Translations under genes and position numbers: made by a program
Notes under the pieces: generated by a model
What the model saw: the letters and a program-made list of their open reading frames with translations, nothing else
What the model was told of the DNA's origin: nothing
Database searches by the model: none
Shown here: positions 40,731 to 51,689 of the stretch, one piece after another
How positions within the stretch are numbered: the stretch's first letter is position 1
Layout: each line of letters opens with the position of its first letter
Source of the DNA: Octopus sinensis
Lineage: Eukaryota
NCBI RefSeq assembly: GCF_006345805.1
Contig: NC_043004.1
Location: forward strand, 54,064,001 to 54,128,000
Reading direction: 5' to 3'
Length of the DNA: 64,000 bases

Positions 40731-43700
40731 ATGGCTTCGCTTAACCTTGGTTGTTTAAATGTGCGTGGTCTGAGTTCGAAGTGGAAGCAGGCTTGTTTCC
40801 TCGACGACCTCAGATCACATGATATACATGTGATGGTTGCTACAGAGACCAAGCTGGACAGCCTACAAACCTTCTCGCCTCTCCTGAATGGCTACGAGAA
40901 AATCATGTCTCCTGGCCAGACCGGAGGGCGAGGGGGCGTAGTGGTAATGATCCGTAAAGACTTGGCTCTACAGACAAGTACAGTCTATGTAGACCCAGAA
41001 GGTGGGCTGGTCGTCCTTGATGTGACATACAGCAGTAAGGCCTTCAGGTTGATCGGACTCTATGCACCTTGTGCTAGAGGTTTCGAAACTGATTTTTATC
41101 GGCGCCTAGAGGGCTTTCTCGTGACGTCGAAGACTTTAGTGATATTAGGGGACTTTAATGCTATCGTTGACGTACACATCGATAGCGTTGGCTCGATCTA
41201 TAGGAAAGTGAACTCACGTCTCGTGGATCTGCTTAAGCGGTTTCAGCTAGCAGATCGTTACAGACTTGACCATCCGAACGTCCCAGAGTGGACCTGGATG
41301 AGTGGCGACGGAAGGTTCAAGTCTTATCTAGACAGGATAGTGATAAGAACTAGAGATAAGTCTAGTTTTAGTTGTCCACAGCTCGTCCAGGTGCCCTATA
41401 CTGACCATAGAATGGTCACGTGTAGACTGGACATAGATAGCACACTTAAGATAGGAACCGGCTACTGGAAGCTGAACAAGTCTATTTTGACACGCGAGGC
41501 ATACCGTAGCCGGATTAAGGTGTTAGTGCAGAGGGCGTTAACCGGAGCCGTAGTTAATAACCGGTGGTGGTTCACCCTCAAAAGAGCCTTTCGATTCGAG
41601 TCCATTAGATTTAGTAAACAACTAAGACTAGATAGGGCTAGAATAGAAGGGCAACTAGTTAAGAACTTAGAGGAGGCGTTGAGGTTGGGCTCCACATCTC
41701 ACATTTTAGCGGCGAGAACGGCATTAGACCGTCACCTCAAACCAAACATGAGGGATGTAGAGTCCGGGCTAAAGTACGAGCATTGGGCCGTGAGGGAATT
41801 AATGTTGCCGGATACGATAGAAACACAGCGTGGAAACGATACCACAATTGGGTCTCTTGTTGATGAAAACGGATGCACGATCAAGAAGCGGGACGAGATG
41901 TGTGAGGCACTTCACAAGCACTTCGCCGAGTTGTTCGGGAGGTGCGGGACGCTGGATCATGGTGAGGCCCTTAGGGACTTCCAGTCTGGTGGCCCGCGCC
42001 TCTCGACACGAGAGGCTGAGTGCTGTGAAGGGCCAATCACAGCCGAGGAAGTAATCGAGGTGTTGGGCAAGTGCCCCGGGGAGAAGTCGCCGGGTCTCGA
42101 TGGTCTGCCCTATGAATTTTATAGAAGTATGCCAGACTTGTTCGGGCACCTGCTGGCTAGCGTCTACGCCAACTGGCAGCAGAATGGGAGAATTCCCAAG
42201 TCTGCGAGCCGGGGGCCGGTGACGTTGATCAGGAAGGACCCGAACAAGGGGGACGAGATAGGGAACTTCAGGCCCATAACTCTGTTAAACACAGAGTTAA
42301 AGATTCTGGCCAAGGTGCTAGCAAAAAAGTTGGCGCGGGTCGTGGACAAACTTGTCGGGGAAGCGCAAACGTGCGCTATCCCCGGCAGAACGATCCACGA
42401 CAATCTCCACCTTATACGCTACTCCTTAGAGAGGGTGGGGAAGCTTTCTGGCGCAGGGGGAGCACTGGTACATTTAGACCAGTCCAAAGCATTTGATAGG
42501 GTCGACCATCGGTACCTGGCGGCGGTCCTCGGAGAGGCTGGCCTAGGCCCGACCTTTCGAGGTTGGATCGCTGCTTTGTATAGCGACATCGAGTCTGTAG
42601 TCAAGGTGAACGGTTCCTTTTCGAAGCCGTTCAGGATCGAGCGTTCAGTTCGTCAAGGGTGTCCCCTGTCCTCGCTCCTATACGTATTGGCTCTTGAGCC
42701 TTTGCTGCGGAAGTTGGAGGCACTAGGGGGCGCGCCGCATGATCTATGGTGTGGAAGAGGAGCTACGGCGTATGCGGATGACACCTCCATCATCGTGGCA
42801 GACGAAGGCCAGCTTCCAGTGGTGGAAGAGGCCATCAAAAGCTACGAGGCGGTGGCAGGAGCAAAGGTTAACAAGGACAAGTCGGTCGGTTTGCAACTCG
42901 GCACCTGGAGGGGCAAGCCGATGCCGTCCAATAACGTCGTAGGGCGTTGGACGGAAGGTCCTGTTAAGCTGCTCGGAGTCTGGTTCGGGCCAGACCTCCA
43001 GATTGAGAAAAATTGGAGTGAGGTGGCCAACAAGGTGACCGCTCTAACCCAGACCTGGTCTGGGCGGGCGTTATCCCTGCTAGGGAAGGCGGAGGTGGTG
43101 CAGATGTTTATAGCATCAGTAATCACCTACCGTCTGACCGTGGTGCCTTGCCCCGATTTGTGGCTGAACAAGTTGGAGAGAATCCTCTTCCGATTTTTGT
43201 GGAAAGGAGGAAAGCCACTTGTAAAGCGCTCTGTCTGCTGCCAGAAACCGCTAAAGGGTGGGCTAGGGATGCCTTGGCTGAGGATGCGAAAACTCGCGTT
43301 AAGGTTGAGGCACCTCTGGCTTTACCTGGATGGAGAGCAGGTGTGGTCGCCGCACGTCCGGTTCTACCTTCCCCAGTTGACATCCCTAACGGACATCGGT
43401 GCATGGATCAAGCGGAGACCTAAACTGAGTGAATGGCATTTGGAGTGCCGTCAGGCGCTCCAGCTACTATCTCGGGTGGGCAACGCCGGCAACAGGAGTT
43501 CCACCACGGATTTCTATAGCGGGTTAGTGGAGATTAAGTCCGAAGACGCCTTGGGGGAGACCCTGGGCTACGATGAAAATCAGTTGATCAACCTGTTCCG
43601 GAGGACGTTCGGGCCGGGGTATCTGGATAATTACCAGAAATCCCTAACCTGGCAGTGTTTCCGTGCGGCTTTACCTGTTCGCGACAAGCTGTCAAGGCAC

Positions 43701-44123
43701 GGTAGTGCCGTCTCGCCGACATGCCCGCGATGTGAGCAGGATAGGGAGACCGTTTTGCACGCATTCGTGGAGTGTCCGGAGTTATCGGGACTGATAGCTT
43801 TTGTTGAACAACTGTTGTCAGTGATGGGAAGAGTACAGCTATCAGCTGAGTCTATCATCGAGATTGTGCCGCCCCCTTTCCTTAACAGGGAAAGAAAGGC
43901 TTGTTTTTTCTGTGTAGTAGCCATACTGAAAGAAACAGTATGGAAGACGCGTACGAAAGGTATAGTGACAGGCACCTTTGTCTCCGGCCAGGGGTTGATT
44001 AACTTTTTTAGTTACCACCTCAGTAGCAAAATCAGGCTGGAGAAGAGGTGTCTGTCACGAGATATGTTTGTGAAAAGATGGAAGCCTGTGGCATACAAGA
44101 TGGGTATGTTTGGCACCAGGTAA
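40731..44123 (+). CDS. ORF2p of element A: AP endonuclease + reverse transcriptase + C-terminal zinc finger (1130 aa)
   Basis: EN motifs LNVRGL, TETK, YAP, LGDFN, YLDRI, TDHR. RT motifs KSPGLDG, FRPITLLN, DQSKAFDRV, RQGCPLS, YADD. C-terminal CPRCEQDRETVLHAFVEC. Confidence 0.97.
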   Translation: MASLNLGCLNVRGLSSKWKQACFLDDLRSHDIHVMVATETKLDSLQTFSPLLNGYEKIMSPGQTGGRGGVVVMIRKDLALQTSTVYVDPEGGLVVLDVTYSSKAFRLIGLYAPCARGFETDFYRRLEGFLVTSKTLVILGDFNAIVDVHIDSVGSIYRKVNSRLVDLLKRFQLADRYRLDHPNVPEWTWMSGDGRFKSYLDRIVIRTRDKSSFSCPQLVQVPYTDHRMVTCRLDIDSTLKIGTGYWKLNKSILTREAYRSRIKVLVQRALTGAVVNNRWWFTLKRAFRFESIRFSKQLRLDRARIEGQLVKNLEEALRLGSTSHILAARTALDRHLKPNMRDVESGLKYEHWAVRELMLPDTIETQRGNDTTIGSLVDENGCTIKKRDEMCEALHKHFAELFGRCGTLDHGEALRDFQSGGPRLSTREAECCEGPITAEEVIEVLGKCPGEKSPGLDGLPYEFYRSMPDLFGHLLASVYANWQQNGRIPKSASRGPVTLIRKDPNKGDEIGNFRPITLLNTELKILAKVLAKKLARVVDKLVGEAQTCAIPGRTIHDNLHLIRYSLERVGKLSGAGGALVHLDQSKAFDRVDHRYLAAVLGEAGLGPTFRGWIAALYSDIESVVKVNGSFSKPFRIERSVRQGCPLSSLLYVLALEPLLRKLEALGGAPHDLWCGRGATAYADDTSIIVADEGQLPVVEEAIKSYEAVAGAKVNKDKSVGLQLGTWRGKPMPSNNVVGRWTEGPVKLLGVWFGPDLQIEKNWSEVANKVTALTQTWSGRALSLLGKAEVVQMFIASVITYRLTVVPCPDLWLNKLERILFRFLWKGGKPLVKRSVCCQKPLKGGLGMPWLRMRKLALRLRHLWLYLDGEQVWSPHVRFYLPQLTSLTDIGAWIKRRPKLSEWHLECRQALQLLSRVGNAGNRSSTTDFYSGLVEIKSEDALGETLGYDENQLINLFRRTFGPGYLDNYQKSLTWQCFRAALPVRDKLSRHGSAVSPTCPRCEQDRETVLHAFVECPELSGLIAFVEQLLSVMGRVQLSAESIIEIVPPPFLNRERKACFFCVVAILKETVWKTRTKGIVTGTFVSGQGLINFFSYHLSSKIRLEKRCLSRDMFVKRWKPVAYKMGMFGTR

Positions 44124-44367
44124 GTGTGACCGGATCAGAAAGTAAAGGTTCTACCCGGATGGCTGGGTGTCCGTCCTTCGACATGATCATTAATATTTTT
44201 AAACACTGCCTTCGTAAAATTCATTGTTTATAATCTTATCCGTAATTTCATTCGAAAATTGTAACTGTGTTAAGCTACTTCACCCTTTATATTTGTCTGT
44301 CCTTGTTTGTCCCCTCTTTGTAAATGCCTAAATGGCAAATTATATGAAATAAAGTAGCTTGCTAACC

Positions 44368-46610
44368 GCACATGCGCAGTTAGTCGGTTGCTTCCTGTTG
44401 AGCTAGAGTGGACGTGAGTAACAAGCTCTGTCCAACTAAAGAAAAAAGACCAAAAACGGAAAGTTGTCGAGGTAAGTGATTTTGTTTATTGTGAGTTGGG
44501 CATAATTTATTGCGTGCCAATTATTATTTCAGTAGGTTGTGTCCAACTCTGAGACAATTTCGTCTGCGCTAGGCGGATGCCGTTTTTGTGTTCATTGAAA
44601 AAAAAGAAAAAGAAAAAGCAGTGGAGGGGCATATACTCAGAATTCAATACAGTTACTGTTAAAATTACCGTTGGCGGTAGCCAGTGCTGCGTTTGAGTTT
44701 GCTGAATTTATTCCCTTGTCAGAGTACTTCGCAAGAAAAGTATAAAAATAAGCCACTATTGGATTACCTTTCGGACCCATTTTTGTGGAGGTTGTGTTGC
44801 AGTTGCGGCGTTCCAGGTTCAACCCAGGCCGGGAGTACGCAAGGCCAGAATATTTTTGGTGTGTTTTTTCTGTTTATTAACTTTCTTTTGAACTTCATTT
44901 CACCCCCCCCCCCTTTTGTTTTTTCTTTATTGCGACTTTCCGTTAATTTCTTCCCTTCTGTTGTGCTTTCTCCTTTTTGTTTTTTCAAAAATCTATCAAA
45001 TTTATTTAGACTTTTGAACTTTTTTTCTTCCTGCTTTTGAGTTTAATTTGAATATATTTTTAAAAAAACATGGCAATGAAAAATAACAAAATTTTAGAGT
45101 GGGAAATCATACCACCCAAAAAGTGGTTAAAAGACCGTGAAGATAGGACGGTGGTGTTGAGAACCTACTCCAAGGCACTTGATACCATCGCCCTATTCGA
45201 AAAGACGGCAATTGAGGAGGAGTTGGAGGAGTATTTGCCAACAATTAAATTCATTTCCAGGGGTGTCAAATATGCAACGGTGTGGTTGCTATTTGACACC
45301 CCTGAAGAGGCTTGCAAATTTGCTAGCGAACCCTTGGAGGGCAAGGAAATCTTATTCCTGTCCACGTACAAAAAAAAGAAATTGATGAAAGCTTGGATCT
45401 GCGGACTGCCACCCGACATAGAACCCGAGTGGATAGAGGAGACTATCCGCCGGCGCCTGTTTGACAGCGAAACTAAGCTCCTCAATGTAAAAGTTCTTCC
45501 TGCGGCTGCTTCGGTTGGGTCGAAAGCAATTTTGACCCTGTGGACCCAATCAGCCAATCTGGTTTTTCCAGATTTTTTTTAAATGGCCGGGTGCAGGTAC
45601 CCGGTGATGCTTGAGGGTCGCCCCCCTAAGTGTCATCGGTGCTTGGAGTCCGGCCACATAAAGAAGAACTGTCCTCGGGAACAAAATAGGATCCCGGAAC
45701 AGTTAAGTAAAACCCCTCTAGAAGAGGGAACGATAACGGCCGAGAAAGCAGAGGACTCCTCAAACAGAGGCCGAAAGAGGAAGGTGAGCAACAATGGGTG
45801 CCCACCAAAGGATAATAGGGATGAGGAGAGGAAGGCGAATCTTCCAGCCACGGAGGAGACGCACCCTCCCTCAGTTGGAAAGGGGAAAAAAAAGAAAAAG
45901 AGGAAGAAAAACGGGACATTACCGGCTGTCAGTGTAGCACTGGAATGTCGCGGAACTACGTCGGTTGGGGTTGTGCCACCGACAAGAGAAGGAATACCAT
46001 TGGCGGAAACTGTGCCGCCAACGAAAGAACTGAATGTATTGGTCCTCTTCTATAGAGGAGGAGAAATTGAAAAAGTGATGGAAGAGCACTACAAGGGAGC
46101 ACCTTTAGCCTTCACACAGGACCCCGAATGGCCTCCGCAGGTAGCTGTGGAGGCCGTGGCGTTCGACGTGACGCCAGGGCTAAAGGAGCTCAATGAAGAT
46201 TATAACTTGGTCCCGGGCGACGCGAACTCGGAACTTGACTACGTTCTGAGGGAGGCGTGGTTGATGGTGGAGGGCGTGGGCACAAGCTATTTCGAGGACG
46301 ATATGTATTATTAGTAATGGACTTAAGTCCAAAAATTGAAAAATTGTAAGAGGATTAATACCTCGTTTTGTATTAATAATGGACTGCTAAGCCCAAAATT
46401 GGAAAAATTGTAAGAGGTTTAATACCTCGTTTTGTGTTTATCTTTTTAAAAAGAACAATGTTTTAGAGAAGCAAAAGTCGGCGGGCGCTTTCTGTCTTCT
46501 CCCATCCTTATCATCTTTCTTTCATTATCATTCACCTCATTAATGTCCTCGTCCAGCCCGCAAAGCTAACTTAATCTGTGTACTGCCTTTATGGCAAATG
46601 TTTTGAAATA
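44368..46610 (+). mobile_element. ORF1-only non-autonomous non-LTR element (element B, HAL1-like)
   Basis: Bounded by target copies at 44352-44367 and 46611-46626. Contains about 700 nt of 5' UTR, an ORF1 homologue and about 300 nt of 3' UTR whose last 29 nt match element A at 24/29. No RT or EN sequence is visible. Confidence 0.85.
45070..46314 (+). CDS. ORF1p homologue of element B with a CCHC knuckle, interrupted by one in-frame TAA (45580-45582)
   Basis: ORFs 45070-45582 and 45583-46314 are in the same frame. The N-half aligns by eye to A ORF1 (RTVV, FEK..IE, RG..Y.TV..F, PL..KE, PD..P). The C-half has EGRPPKCHRCLESGHIKKNC, versus EGRKPTCYACGKKGHIRVDC in A. Confidence 0.75.
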
Positions 46611-47152
46611 AAGTAGCTTGCTAACCAACCACATGATTCCGGATTCAGTCCCACTGCGTAGCATCTTGGGCAAGTGTCTTCTGCTATAGCCCCGGGCCGA
46701 CCAATGCCTTGTGAGTGGATTTGGTAGACGGAAACTGAAAGAAGCCTGTCGTATATATGTATATATATATATGTGTGTGTGTGTGTGTATCCACATACAT
46801 ATGTGCATGTGTATATGTCATATAAAAATATTTATCTGTATGGGAATAATCTTTCGGTAGATAAGACTCGTAAGACTCCCATAGCTGCATAGCAGATCCT
46901 TATTGTACTTTCGAGCTAATATAATTAGCATGAAAACATCTATCTGGATTCATTAAACACTTAAGCACTCTTCTATCCTTTGAAGTTTCAGCAATTTCCT
47001 TTGAACTAATTACACTTTTATAAACGAATTTAAGAAATTACGAATGTAATTGTAAATTTTAATTGAATTTCCAAGTTGATTAGGTCAAATTATCGTTTCA
47101 TATCATTCAGTAACTGTCCAACTTTCGGTATTTTTATGTGTTTGTATGTAAG

Positions 47153-47154
<2 letters not shown>

Positions 47155-47242
<88 letters not shown>

Positions 47243-47320
47243 CATTTATATGTGTGTATATAAAAATATATACATGTATACATGCGTAAATGTATATGTT
47301 TATTAGTATATATATATATG

Positions 47321-47362
<42 letters not shown>

Positions 47363-48226
47363 TTGTATATATATATATATATTTGTATATATATATAATA
47401 TATTTGTATATATATATATATATTTGTATATATATATATATATATATTTGTATATATATATATATATTTGTATATATATATATATTTGTATATATATATA
47501 TATATTTGTAATATATATTATATTTGTATATATATATATATATTGTGTATATATATATATATTTGTATATATATATATATATATATATATTTGTATATAT
47601 ATATATATATTTGTATATATATATATATATATTTGTATATATATATATATATTTGTATATATATATATATATATATATATTTGTGTATATATATATATCT
47701 ATTTGTGTATATATATATATCTATTTGTGTATATATATATAATCTATTTGTGTATATATATATATATATATCTATTTGTGTATATATATAATATCTATTT
47801 GTGTATATATATATATATATATTTGTGTATATATATATATATATATTTGTGTATATATATATATATATAATTTGTGTATATATATATATATATTTGTATA
47901 TATATATATATATATATTATATATATTTGTGTATATATATATATATATTATTTGTGTATATATATATTATATATATATATTTTGTATATATATATATATA
48001 TATTTGTGTATATATATATATATATTTGTGTATATATATATATATTTGTGTATATATATATATATATTTGTGTATATATATATATATGTAAATATATATA
48101 TATATTGTGTATATATATATATATATATATATTTGTATATATATATATATATATATGTGTGTATATATATATATATATTTGTATATATATATATATATAT
48201 TTGTATATGTATATATATATATATTG

Positions 48227-48265
<39 letters not shown>

Positions 48266-48616
48266 ATATTTTATATATATATATATATAGATATATTTGT
48301 ATATATATAGATATATATATATATATTTGTATATATATATATATATTTTGTATATATATATTATATATATTTGTATATGTATATATATATATATATTTGT
48401 ATATGTATATATATATATATATATTTGTATATGTATATATATATATATATTTGTATATATATACATATATATATATATTTGTATATATATATATATATTT
48501 GTATATATATATATATATTTGTATATATATATATTATATTTGTATATATATATTATATTTGTATATATATATATATTATATTTGTATATATATATATTAT
48601 ATTTGTATATATATAT
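47155..48616. repeat. (GATA)n followed by a long interrupted (TA)n array
   Basis: Directly visible. Confidence 0.97.
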
Positions 48617-49501
48617 AGACAAATGCATACATATGTGTGTGAGTATGTGTGTATGTGTATGAGTGGTTTGGGAGTTTGAAGATCATATATGCAAGTATGA
48701 TGTGCCTGTGTATGTCTATATGTATCTGAGTGTGTGTGTGTGTGTGTATGTTTGTGTGTGTTTATGATGAAATATTTATATGTTTTGTCAGAAACGTTAG
48801 AGATATACCTTCCAAAGTTGTTTTGTTTATCAATTATATTCATACTTTGTTACTACTTTTCACTTGGATTACATTATTCCCACCAACACCAAACCCCACT
48901 ACCATCACCATCAACACCATTCCCATGAGCACCACCATAATCACCACGACCAGCATCAACCCCCGACTTCCTACGCAACAACTGAGCCTGGATGCGCATT
49001 CTTCCATCTGTCGATGCTCTGTGTCGGGGGTTGACCTGCTTTCTCTTCTGCGGGTCTTACGAATAGCAAAGGACCACGTTTCGGACTTCTCCCACTGGGA
49101 CGTCTGTTCTCTGCAATGAAATACCACGGTTCGCCATCTTGATCTCCCTTGAAATCCCTCTTCAGATGTATTCTATTCCACATTCTTTGTTAGTATATTG
49201 TTTCTTCCCATTCATTTCACCTTCACTAAATTCTATCGTGTTCAATATAGTGCCTAAAAGCTTTCACTTTGTCTCTGATGATTTTTCATAAAATTTTCTC
49301 AGTTTTTCTGCTTTTAATTCTCAGTCAGCCTTCTGTATCTTCTAACGGTATTTTCAAAAGTATTCTAAAACCACATATTTCCAAAGATTATTATAATTCC
49401 TAAATATTTTGCTAATCTTTGTGTTCCTAGTCCCGTACAGTATAAAAGAACGATTATAAAATTTTCTTGCCCATTTCATTTGTTTTAATATCTTTTCTAT
49501 T

Positions 49502-49875
49502 CTAGGCACAAAGCCCCAAATTTTGGAAGAGGGGACCAATCGATTAGATCGACTCCAGTACGCAACTAGTACTTAATTTATCAACACCGAAAGGATGAAA
49601 GACAAAGTCGACCTCGGTGGAATTTGAAGCCAGAACGTAAAGACAGACGGAATACCTATTTCTTTACTACCCACAATATATACATAGAGAGGACAAACAA
49701 GGACAGACAAACGGATTAAGTCGATTACATCGACTCCAGTGCGTAACTGGTACTTATTTAATCGACCCCGGAAGGATGAGAGGCAAAGTCGACCTCGAGG
49801 GAATTTGAACTCAGAACATGACGGCAGACGAAATACCGCTAAGCATTTCGACCGGCGTGATAACGTTTCTGCCAG
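49502..49875 (-). mobile_element. SINE dimer: family A (49657-49875) followed by a family B body (49502-49656)
   Basis: One head and two bodies; GGTATT(T/C)CGTCTG occurs at the start of both bodies. Confidence 0.75.
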
Positions 49876-50045
49876 ATAAATGTTGTCAGAACGTTTGAAA
49901 TATGTGCGAATATCTCTCCATTTCATTACGAGATATACTTGCTATGTTTATGCTTACGGATATATATATACATACATACATATATTTGTATATATATATA
50001 TAATATATATGATATATATTTTATATATATATGTATATATGTATG

Positions 50046-50125
<80 letters not shown>

Positions 50126-50147
50126 ATGTATTGTATATGTATATATA

Positions 50148-50205
<58 letters not shown>

Positions 50206-50210
50206 GCATA

Positions 50211-50558
50211 TAAAGGGTAAAGGGTAAAGACCCCCTTCGGTCATGAATGACCATGGGTTTGCACCTAGAAAGTTACCCTCCTAGACACAAGTCCGGGCAA
50301 GGTTGTTTATGGAAGACCAGCAGTCGCCCATGCATACCAGCCTCCCCTCTCCACGCCACCAGTGTTATCCAAGGGAAAGACAAAGGTCGATACAGCTTGG
50401 CACCAGTGACGTCGCAACTCATTTCTACAGCTGAGTGAACTGGAGCAACGTGAAATAAAGTGCCTTGCTCAAGAACACAACACGCAGCCCGGTCCGGGAT
50501 TCGAGCTCACAACCTCACGATCGTAAGCTCGACGATCTAACCACTGAGCCATTCGCCT
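50211..50558 (-). mobile_element. tRNA-derived CORE-like SINE (family E)
   Basis: The minus strand has A/B boxes, GTTGTGTTCTTGAGCAAGGCACTTT...CAGCTGTAGAAATG (CORE-like) and a (TTTACCC)n tail. Confidence 0.7.
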
Positions 50559-51689
50559 TCGCTATATGCATATATAAATACACATATATATATATATATA
50601 TATATATAAGTTGGGCTGCCCGCTTAGCCGGCGGGGTAGCGTCATTTGAAGGCTAAAACAATGCGAAGTGCATTGTGACCAGCGATGTTTAGCAGCATCT
50701 GATAGCCTGGTCGGTCACGGTGATATCATGGTGATATATATAAGTATCAAAACTCAATAGCCACAGAAACACTATTTTAATGACTGACAAAGCAAACAAG
50801 CTCCTTACGATGGCAAATACAACAAGATCATCGGAAATTTTGTATTTTGATGCTTGACGCATCTTAATGCTCTTCGAGGGCTCCTACCGTACTTGCTGGT
50901 TTTTGAGATTTCCGTTGAAACTCTACGCTGATTACATAAATGGTAAAAGTAATGATTATAAATAATATGGCTGGTTAATTTGCAATTTTACAACCTGAAG
51001 CAGAAATATATACGTCGCTAAATTGACGTATGTATGTATAAGTATGTATGTATGTATGTTGTGTCAGGTCACTTTCGAGTGCTACTGGTAACATGTAATC
51101 CAGTACAACCTGTTGCATGGTCGGGTCGTCGGCGACTAAACCGGCAACCCCACCAAGCTTGCTTGGTGAGGAGGGTGTTTATTGGACACGCTGCGGGATG
51201 AAAAACAAAGCCCGTCAAAGGGCGGAGGACCTCTTGAGAGTCAACGGCCATCCAATAAATGTTAGTACGGGTACGCAGAAATTCCGGGGTGGTGTCCGGC
51301 GTGCTGAAAGACCACTGGGAATGAGGCGCCCCTCAGCTTTTGTTAAAGCATGTCTCTAGGAGAAGGTCACTCTGATATAAAACCAGATATGCAGGGAATG
51401 GCATTGGACATTTGGGGGATCTTTGCTCCCTCATCCCTGAGCCTGCGACTCATATTGGCACCACACGTCTTGCTCCGGCTTGTCTCTGGATAATGACAAT
51501 AAAGTGGAGAGGGTCTATGAGGTGTTGTGCAAGCCTTATTGAACCTAAAACTCTGCACAGGCATTGCCGACATCTGCTCGATATGTGCATTTTTTTAATT
51601 CTATATATATTTATCGTATTTTTAGTATATATTTTCTTCATTCTTAGTATATATTTTTATTTCTTTTATTCGGAAGTCCTGCGGCGATG

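Larger units (their letters stand above)
38921..44351 (+). mobile_element. Full-length Tx1/L1-clade non-LTR retrotransposon (element A), inserted in a SINE
   Basis: 5' UTR, ORF1, 17-nt spacer, ORF2 and a 3' UTR ending GAAATA(AA). Flanked by the 16-bp direct repeat AAGTAGCTTGCTAACC at 38905-38920 and 44352-44367. Confidence 0.93.
38883..46790 (+). mobile_element. tRNA-derived SINE (family C) split by elements A and B: head 38883-38920, remainder 46627-~46790
   Basis: Joining the two parts restores A-box TAGCTGTGTGG, B-box GGATTCAGTCC and the body seen uninterrupted at 23212-23585 (+) and 32761-32908 (-). Confidence 0.9.

Noticed and set aside
39417-43975. Antisense and alternate-frame ORFs within element A
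   Set aside because: Short shadow ORFs of GC-richer coding sequence with no motifs, except for the frameshifted linker segment reported as a finding.
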